A DNA stretch of 64,000 bases from positions 1-64,000 of IMG/VR virus record IMGVR_UViG_3300042691_039794; one strand, written 5' to 3'. Shown one piece after another: positions 57,473-64,000 of the stretch. Below the pieces are notes generated by a model. It worked only from the letters and a program-made list of their open reading frames with translations, did not search any database and was not told the DNA's origin. Position numbers and translations under genes: made by a program. This DNA is from a virus. Numbering within the stretch: position 1 is the stretch's first letter; every line of letters starts with the position of its first letter.

Positions 57473-59133
57473 GAATAAACATTTTCATATCTTTGTTGTT
57501 CGTCCTATTTAGTTTTTTCAAACTAAACGCACAGACCTACAACTATTCTTACACTGATCCTTGTACAGGAAACATAAAAAACCTTATAGTCCCCATCAAT
57601 GGTTCAGTCACGGTGGGGTACTATGGTTTTGTTGAGAATTTTACTCAACAACAATTTACAGATGGAACTTTTGAAACTTGGGCTAACCAAGTTTTTTCGC
57701 AATATGAAGGATCACCATGTTCAGAGATAATTGGACTTGGTGGGCAGATTAACATCGGACAAGATGTTGCTTTAAATACAATAGGTATAATCAATTCTCT
57801 TTCGTCTTTAATGGACATATCAAATGGGGCAACCGACTTTTTGAGTGGATCATTAAATGCGGCGTCAAATTCTTCTAATACCCAAGGAAGTAAAGGTAAT
57901 AAGAAGAATGGGAATAATTCCCAAAATGGAAGTGGAAACAATACACCAAATACTAATAACACCACAACCAATAATACTCAAAATCAAACAAATGGAACAA
58001 GTAACACTACTGAAGGAAGTACAACCACTTCTGGAACAAATGAAACAAGTTCAAACAACGGAGGAAATGGAACCACTAATCAAAATGGTGGAACTGAAAA
58101 TCCAACACCAGCAGGAGGAACTTCAACTGAGGGTGGATCAAATGCGAATGGAAATTCACAGGCTAGCCAGCCTATAAACAATCAAAACCAAGGTAATGAA
58201 AATAATAGTAATAATACTAGTGGCGTCGATCCTGGGAACGCTAGTGTCGTTGGGAATAGTGGGAATGTGGAAGGATCTAACCAACAAGGACAACAAGAAT
58301 TAACCAATAATGGTTCTACAACTAACCCTAACGGTAATGGTTCTAATGGTGGTGGGAACTCTGGTGTGGGGGGTAATGGTGGAAACCAACCTAACACAGA
58401 AGAAACAACACCACAAGAAGAACAAGGAGGAGGACAAACCAATATTACACAAGGGGCTACAAAAACAATAAATCAGAATAAGGAAGGTGGTAAACCTACA
58501 GTAATTGCATCGAGTGATTTTGTAGGTTTCAACTTTCAAAACTCTGAAGTTAGAACAGGATTGAAACTAACGGGTGGATATCATAACATGCGTTGGGATG
58601 GCGAAACTGCTCGTGGTGGTTTGGTTGATTATGTATCGGCACAACAGGGACCTAACATGACTGGATACCATGCGTGGATCAACAAAAGAAGTGTTGGTCT
58701 TTTATCAGGAACTTTATCTTTAGGGTTTGAAGGTAGAGGATCTGTCTATGGGACAATTGCAGGAGGACAAATGTTTATGTTCCCAAAAATTCCAAGTTTG
58801 AAAGCGGTTTATATGGGAACCGTATCATACGGTCAGGTATATAAAACTCAGTTCTTAGGAACTGCAATGATTGCAGGAGGGATGTATGACTTGAAGTTTG
58901 GAAAAAGAATAGATGTTAAACTTATGAGTTTATTTGTTTATTCACCATATGTCAGTTATTACAATGATTTAGTATTAAAATCTCCTTATGTAATCTTACC
59001 AAGTATTGGAACCAATATAAGTATTACAAAGAGATTTAAATTCAACATAAATGCAGGAGGGGCGTGGGCAATAAAGGTAAACACTCTAAATTATACAATA
59101 ACATGTGGAACAAGATTATTAGTTGGACAATAG
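57469..59133 (+). CDS. secreted/outer-membrane protein with N/G/Q/T-rich linker and C-terminal beta-barrel
   Basis: signal peptide LNA-Q; ~200 aa low-complexity segment; amphipathic beta strands at C-terminus. Confidence 0.7.
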   Translation: MRINIFISLLFVLFSFFKLNAQTYNYSYTDPCTGNIKNLIVPINGSVTVGYYGFVENFTQQQFTDGTFETWANQVFSQYEGSPCSEIIGLGGQINIGQDVALNTIGIINSLSSLMDISNGATDFLSGSLNAASNSSNTQGSKGNKKNGNNSQNGSGNNTPNTNNTTTNNTQNQTNGTSNTTEGSTTTSGTNETSSNNGGNGTTNQNGGTENPTPAGGTSTEGGSNANGNSQASQPINNQNQGNENNSNNTSGVDPGNASVVGNSGNVEGSNQQGQQELTNNGSTTNPNGNGSNGGGNSGVGGNGGNQPNTEETTPQEEQGGGQTNITQGATKTINQNKEGGKPTVIASSDFVGFNFQNSEVRTGLKLTGGYHNMRWDGETARGGLVDYVSAQQGPNMTGYHAWINKRSVGLLSGTLSLGFEGRGSVYGTIAGGQMFMFPKIPSLKAVYMGTVSYGQVYKTQFLGTAMIAGGMYDLKFGKRIDVKLMSLFVYSPYVSYYNDLVLKSPYVILPSIGTNISITKRFKFNINAGGAWAIKVNTLNYTITCGTRLLVGQ

Positions 59134-60101
59134 TATTTTTTTGTGTGTTCTCATTAAACGCACAAAACTTTACATATTCAGGTTACATAAGAAATGCTGA
59201 TGGTACTGGAGCTGTTAATGTACCTGTTAAATTATATAAAAGAACTACGCCCGTAATAAATGGGTTCACATCTCAAAATAACTACAACGGACATTCTTAC
59301 TATAGATCTACAGGATCTATGTTTTGGAGCGATGCTAGACAAGCTTGTCTGAATATGGGAGGACACTTGGTTACGGTAACAAGTGCTGCTGAAAACTCTT
59401 TTATATTTGGGATTTGGCCTTCAGGTTGGATTGGATTAACAGATGAAGTAGTTGAGGGTCAATGGAGATGGGTTACAAATGAAACATACTCCTACACCTC
59501 ATGGAATCCTGGTGAACCAAATAATGCGGGTAACGAAGATTATGTTCAATTTGTGGGGGGTGGTAAATGGAATGACTTACCAAACGGAGTATCCTTACCA
59601 TATGTGTTAGAGTTTGAATATATAGTAACATACACACCATGGGTATTACATCAAACAGTATACACAAACGCTTCAGGATATTATAATTTTTCACAACCAA
59701 CAAACCCATCAGTTGAATGGTACATACAGTACGACGCACCAACACCAGTAACTGCATTACAAATAACTGATATGGTTGAAGTTTCTAAATTGGTATTAGG
59801 GATAACCTCAATTAAAAGTATTCACTACCATAGGTATGATGTTAACTATGATGGTAGAATAAATGTTGCAGATGAAAACTACATTAATCTTAGACGATAC
59901 GGTTTTTTTGGTGGGTGGATTAATATGAGTCCATCTAGATTATTCACACCTGCACAATACACAACATTAACGACAAATACAACAGACATGAGAATAGCAA
60001 TTCCTGGTGTATCATCTATAACAATAAACTCACCTGTAAGTGGGGGATCGCAAAACTATTACTTGATAGCTCCTGGGTATAAAACAACAGTCAGTTACTA
60101 A
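59103..60101 (+). CDS. secreted C-type lectin + dockerin protein
   Basis: signal peptide SLNA-Q (ATG 59103); YNGHSYY, WIGL, EPN, WND; YDVNYDGRINVAD dockerin. Confidence 0.85.
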   Translation: MWNKIISWTIVFFCVFSLNAQNFTYSGYIRNADGTGAVNVPVKLYKRTTPVINGFTSQNNYNGHSYYRSTGSMFWSDARQACLNMGGHLVTVTSAAENSFIFGIWPSGWIGLTDEVVEGQWRWVTNETYSYTSWNPGEPNNAGNEDYVQFVGGGKWNDLPNGVSLPYVLEFEYIVTYTPWVLHQTVYTNASGYYNFSQPTNPSVEWYIQYDAPTPVTALQITDMVEVSKLVLGITSIKSIHYHRYDVNYDGRINVADENYINLRRYGFFGGWINMSPSRLFTPAQYTTLTTNTTDMRIAIPGVSSITINSPVSGGSQNYYLIAPGYKTTVSY

Positions 60102-60898
60102 TGAAAAAACTTTTAATTACACTTTTAATACCTTTTGGGTTGTTTAGTCAAGGACCGCCACCACCTCAACAAACATCCACAACTACACAAGATTTTGGTA
60201 ATACCCAAAATAATATTAACGGAGTTCAAGGTAGATCTTTTGGTGGAGGATCAATAGTTAAACCAAATCCAATTCTAACATCCGCAGATTTCGCATTTAT
60301 CCAAAACCCAACATATGAAACTGGATGGAGATATGGGACGGGTATTGGTTATAGTCGAATTAACATGGGTAAAGGTTTTGGAGTAAACGCAATGTTAACT
60401 TTTGATTTAACCCAACAAACATATTCTTTGTATTACAGAAAAAATGATTGGTATTTTCATTTAAACACTGGTAAAATGGGTTTTACTTTAAACAATGGGT
60501 TTAGTGTGACTAAAATATGGGAACTTGGAAAAATGTATGATTTAACATTAGGGGTTCAGGTAGGTAATTCAGTGGTTATAAACGGTGATAAAAATTCGAT
60601 AGGTGCTTATTTTGTTAATGTACCGTACTTAGTTTTATTGGGTCAAAAAGAAATAATAATATCAAAAAAATTAGAATGGAGACCCGAGGGATTTATTACT
60701 CTGTGTTCACCATATTATGATATAGGAAAAAAATACTTCTCAACATCAAACACATTCAACGTTGTTGTAGGGAATAATATTTCATACAATTTATCTAAAA
60801 AATTTAGGTTGAATATTGATTGGAGAATGAATATGAATACAACCCCAAAGTGGGGTTTAATGAATAATGTTCTTATTGGAACAAACTTAAAATTTTAA
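60101..60898 (+). CDS. outer-membrane beta-barrel protein, paralog of 57469 C-domain
   Basis: signal peptide; beta strands; C-terminal GTNLKF beta-signal. Confidence 0.7.
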   Translation: MKKLLITLLIPFGLFSQGPPPPQQTSTTTQDFGNTQNNINGVQGRSFGGGSIVKPNPILTSADFAFIQNPTYETGWRYGTGIGYSRINMGKGFGVNAMLTFDLTQQTYSLYYRKNDWYFHLNTGKMGFTLNNGFSVTKIWELGKMYDLTLGVQVGNSVVINGDKNSIGAYFVNVPYLVLLGQKEIIISKKLEWRPEGFITLCSPYYDIGKKYFSTSNTFNVVVGNNISYNLSKKFRLNIDWRMNMNTTPKWGLMNNVLIGTNLKF

Positions 60899-60901
60899 AA
60901 T

Positions 60902-61354
60902 ATGAAAAATATAATCTTACTACTTGGTATGTTACTACTTGGTAACCTCGCAACGGCACAACAGTGTGTTTATGTTGATTCAGTTTACAACACTGCTAAA
61001 CTAAAAGAAATGGGAAACAGAGATATCAGGTTTGGTATTCGACAAATTGTTGAGGATGAACTATCCGAAAAGTTTTGTTTATCTGAGGAAGGAAAAGATA
61101 TTGATGTTGAAGTATTTTACTTTGGATTACCTAAAACTACAATTAGAATTGTTGGTGTTGAAAAGACCGAATCAGTTACTCAAGTTGGTGTTAGATTATA
61201 CTATGATGGTAAATGTTATGAAGGGATTGGAGAGTCAGAAACAGAGATCAGAGCAATTATGATTGAGGTTAAAGAAGGTATGTTACCTTTTGAAAAAATG
61301 ACTGTATCATCGGCATTAAAAAAGGCTATACACGAAGCCGTTATCAAAATATGA
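60902..61354 (+). CDS. secreted compact CsgG-like paralog
   Basis: FGIRQIVEDEL, GIGESET, F.KMTVSSALKKA match 56738 LGVTNIVIEYL, GLGEAVT, FNQSTVGISTKKA. Confidence 0.6.
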   Translation: MKNIILLLGMLLLGNLATAQQCVYVDSVYNTAKLKEMGNRDIRFGIRQIVEDELSEKFCLSEEGKDIDVEVFYFGLPKTTIRIVGVEKTESVTQVGVRLYYDGKCYEGIGESETEIRAIMIEVKEGMLPFEKMTVSSALKKAIHEAVIKI

Positions 61355-61803
61355 AAATATGGCAACTTTTGATATTGTTAATGTTTTGGTCATCATCTTT
61401 CTCGCAAATCCGTATCGCTGATGTTGGGGATGGTTGGAAAGGTAAAGTAGAACAAGCATTAGATACTATAAAGAAATACGACATTCAAAAGTATTATCTG
61501 ATTATGGAAAACTGTTCTAATGTTGCTTATTGGAATGGAGGGTTCTCAACCACAGAAGGAGATAGTACAATCACTATACCGGCAAGAGAAATGAACGATG
61601 GAAATATCTATAACATTTCTGCGATTTTAGTTCACGAAACAATACATTTATACTTCAAAGGAACCAAGTTCAATTTGAATCCAAACACCGAAGAAGTAAT
61701 TGCATATCAACACGAACTTGAATTTTTAGAAAAGATTCCATGTGTTGATCCATGGTTAATTGAAAATGCCAAAAACAAAATCAAATTTTATTCAAAACCA
61801 TAG
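61351..61803 (+). CDS. secreted zinc metallopeptidase (gluzincin-like)
   Basis: signal peptide SFS-Q; ILVHETIH and EEVIAY. Confidence 0.65.
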   Translation: MKIWQLLILLMFWSSSFSQIRIADVGDGWKGKVEQALDTIKKYDIQKYYLIMENCSNVAYWNGGFSTTEGDSTITIPAREMNDGNIYNISAILVHETIHLYFKGTKFNLNPNTEEVIAYQHELEFLEKIPCVDPWLIENAKNKIKFYSKP

Positions 61804-61838
61804 TTGATTTAGTTAATCAATTGGTCTATTTTTGAGGT

Positions 61839-62060
61839 ATGAAAAGAATTGCACTCATATCTCTTTTATTACTTTTGTTCTCTTGTGTCCCAACATATAA
61901 ATACAAAATTACTAATTCAAAAGGAAATTCATTTTACTGTAATTTCTATAACGAAACGGGTAATGGGTGCATTTTTTTTAATAAAAACCCTGGTTTAAAC
62001 AATACACCAGGAGAACCACACATGATTTGTGGTGAATATAAAATTGAAAAGTTAAAATAA
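61839..62060 (+). CDS. small lipoprotein
   Basis: lipobox LFSC; ATG 5 nt after TATTTTTG (61827-61834). Confidence 0.68.
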   Translation: MKRIALISLLLLLFSCVPTYKYKITNSKGNSFYCNFYNETGNGCIFFNKNPGLNNTPGEPHMICGEYKIEKLK

Positions 62061-62061
62061 A

Positions 62062-62316
62062 ATGGAAAAAGAAGGACCGGATGTTGGATTATTGTTTGTG
62101 ATGATATTAGGTTTTTTATTAGGTATGGTTTTAATATCTTGTGAGGAAAAAAAAGAACCAGAAATTGTAATAGAATTATCAAAAGATAGTAAAAACTCTA
62201 CTAGTAATGTTGATGAATATGCCTATCAAGGTTGTGAGTATATAGTGGTAGGGCCAATAAACCGTAGATGGGGTTCACATAAAGGAAACTGTAAAAACCC
62301 AATTCATAAAAAATGA
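62062..62316 (+). CDS. small lipoprotein/membrane protein
   Basis: LISC; GCEYI...HKGNCKNPIH. Confidence 0.68.
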   Translation: MEKEGPDVGLLFVMILGFLLGMVLISCEEKKEPEIVIELSKDSKNSTSNVDEYAYQGCEYIVVGPINRRWGSHKGNCKNPIHKK

Positions 62317-62636
62317 CAGATCAAGAAATCGTTAAATACGGAGAAATACAATACCTAAAAGGTAGATTAGATGAACTTTTCAAAGCTCTATCAACAATAA
62401 CCAATATGGACAGGAAAAGAAGACTGGACCAACGAATTGAAAAATACTTCAACAAATTAAAAAAAGTTGATGAAGTCGCATTTCATTTATATCAAGTAGA
62501 GTTGAGTAACAGACAAAGATCAAAAGAAAAATCTAAAAACGAAATTAAAGATTTACTTGAACAAATTTTAATAAATGAGAATATCATGAATGAAGATATT
62601 CTTGAAAGGATCAAAAAACAAATTGATCGTTACTGA
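62313..62636 (+). CDS. hypothetical protein
   Basis: ORF. Confidence 0.65.
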   Translation: MTDQEIVKYGEIQYLKGRLDELFKALSTITNMDRKRRLDQRIEKYFNKLKKVDEVAFHLYQVELSNRQRSKEKSKNEIKDLLEQILINENIMNEDILERIKKQIDRY

Positions 62637-63016
62637 TGAGTGATAAAAAACCTGACAATGTTTCTGATAACCCTGGGTTGTTACCATACGGTAGTAATGT
62701 TGGTGCTCCGGCAATAGTCGTTACTGACATACAACACTGGAAGGAACCAAGAGTCATATCTGTTAATCAACAATTCGAAGATAAGTTTTTAGAACTCAAG
62801 AAAGAGTATGAAAAATTAATTGAAGAATACAGATGGAATGATTTAGTTTACAAAGCAAAGTTTAGTTTCGAACCTGTTATTGGAAAAACTTATCATCTAT
62901 ATTATAATAAAGATGGTAAGATATTTCTTTCGGTTATCTCGCCAAGTGAATGGAAGTTCGAACACATCGGATCTTTCAAATACAATCACGACAATAAATG
63001 GATAAAAATAGATTGA
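62636..63016 (+). CDS. DUF2452 family protein
   Basis: PYGSNVGAP, FEPVIGKTYHLY, FLSVISP.EW. Confidence 0.8.
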   Translation: MSDKKPDNVSDNPGLLPYGSNVGAPAIVVTDIQHWKEPRVISVNQQFEDKFLELKKEYEKLIEEYRWNDLVYKAKFSFEPVIGKTYHLYYNKDGKIFLSVISPSEWKFEHIGSFKYNHDNKWIKID

Positions 63017-63072
63017 TATGTTTTACAAATTTAGATATAATTTACTCAAATATATTTTACGAATCATAAGAA

Positions 63073-63483
63073 ATGGAACAACTAAACACACACCCAATTA
63101 AGAAATCCGATTTAGGATTTCATGGTAACCTTTTTGGGGGGAAATTACTCGCGTGGATTGACGCTTCTGCCGCAGGATATGCAATGCAACTTTGTGATAC
63201 ACCAAGAATGGTGACCGTATCTATTGATCAATGTAACTTCGAAAGACCAGCAAAAGAAAGTCAGTTATTAAAAATTTATGGATTTCCTTGTAGAATTGGA
63301 AATACTTCATTAACTTTGTATATGGAAGCAAGAGCCCATAGTGTTTACACAGGAAAACAAGATTTGGTTTTAAAAACACAAATTACATTTGTCCAAATTG
63401 ATGAAGGGGGTAATCCGATTCCACTTGGAGAAAAAGCTAAAAAAAGAATATCTAATTTAATTGAACAAAATGAACGCGACTAA
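63073..63483 (+). CDS. HotDog-fold acyl-CoA thioesterase
   Basis: DLGFHGNLFGGKLLAWID, MVTVSID, GNTS, FVQID. Confidence 0.85.
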   Translation: MEQLNTHPIKKSDLGFHGNLFGGKLLAWIDASAAGYAMQLCDTPRMVTVSIDQCNFERPAKESQLLKIYGFPCRIGNTSLTLYMEARAHSVYTGKQDLVLKTQITFVQIDEGGNPIPLGEKAKKRISNLIEQNERD

Positions 63484-63664
63484 AGATTTTGAATTTGTAC
63501 TAAGAGTATTACACTCAAGTGAAAACCTCGACCACATTAAAACATCCGATAAGTTATTTGAAAACTTCAAGGACAAATGGAAAAAAAGAATGGAATGTTA
63601 TGAGCTTGTAGATTACATGTTCAAATACAAAGTGGAAAGAAAAAGAAATAAAAAAAATATATGA
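63461..63664 (+). CDS. hypothetical protein
   Basis: ORF. Confidence 0.6.
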   Translation: MNKMNATKDFEFVLRVLHSSENLDHIKTSDKLFENFKDKWKKRMECYELVDYMFKYKVERKRNKKNI

Positions 63665-64000
63665 AACTTACAATAATATCAGATACTCACAACCACCACA
63701 AAAGAGTTACAGATGATTTACCAGGAGGTGACTTATTAATTCATGCTGGTGACCTTAGTTCTATGGGTTATCAACATGAGATTGAAAATTTTGCAAAATG
63801 GTTTGATAGTTTGGACAACTATTCAACTAAAGTTTTTATTTCAGGTAATCACGATTGGGGATTTCAAAACAACACTGAAAAAATAAGAGGCCTTTTGACT
63901 GGTTATAAAAATATCGATTACCTTCAAGACGATTTTATGGGAATAATAGAAGGTGGTGGACCTGAGGTTAAAATTTGGGGTAGCCCATGGCAACCTGAGT
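63661..64000 (+). CDS. calcineurin-like metallophosphoesterase (partial, runs off window)
   Basis: ISDTH, IHAGD, SGNHD, WGSPWQP. Confidence 0.88.
   Translation, partial: MKLTIISDTHNHHKRVTDDLPGGDLLIHAGDLSSMGYQHEIENFAKWFDSLDNYSTKVFISGNHDWGFQNNTEKIRGLLTGYKNIDYLQDDFMGIIEGGGPEVKIWGSPWQPE

Noticed and set aside
57469-59133. Curlin CsgA/CsgB subunit
   Set aside because: N/G/Q-rich but lacks the periodic S-x5-Q-x-G-x2-N-x-A-x3-Q repeat; has a C-terminal barrel instead
1-64000. CRISPR array, tRNA genes, DGR/reverse transcriptase, transposase
   Set aside because: No spaced direct repeats, cloverleafs, RT or transposase motifs seen by eye
1-64000. Stop-codon reassignment (code 15 or 4) as in some Bacteroidota phages
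   Set aside because: Known genes are full length in code 11 and end at TAG (e.g. sigma) and TGA (e.g. RNA ligase)

Overview
AT-rich (roughly 30% GC by eye), densely packed, mostly plus-strand segment of a large dsDNA (jumbo/huge) bacteriophage using genetic code 11. The host is very likely Bacteroidota: there are repeated TAnnTTTG sigma-A promoters, a T9SS C-terminal sorting domain, Hc1-like histone, GSII, DUF2452 and a Bacteroidota-type RpoD. Recognisable genes: gp46/SbcC ATPase, Hpy99I-like nuclease next to an N4/N6 methyltransferase, two further MTases, sigma-70, DnaJ, Trx/Grx, DUF932, GSII, NUDIX, RlpA, RNA-repair genes (Rnl ligase, cyclic-phosphate receiver, HAD), AAA ATPase, Smr, RmlB/MTase/GT9, ThyA, a DfrB-like SH3 protein and several peptidoglycan hydrolases. 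Two promoter classes (host-type TAnnTTTG, often leaderless, and a phage TATTTAT box) split the genes into putative early and late sets. The most striking element is a ~7.7 kb cluster (54151-61803) of envelope proteins: a T9SS-exported cohesin/dockerin scaffold, a dockerin-bearing C-type lectin, two CsgG-like proteins, two paralogous beta-barrels and a secreted zinc protease. It looks like a phage-encoded cell-surface assembly/display system. Also present: an orphan structured ncRNA with its own promoter and terminator (~40889-41107) and a degenerate MetK-like protein. All family calls come from motif recognition by eye; no searches were run.
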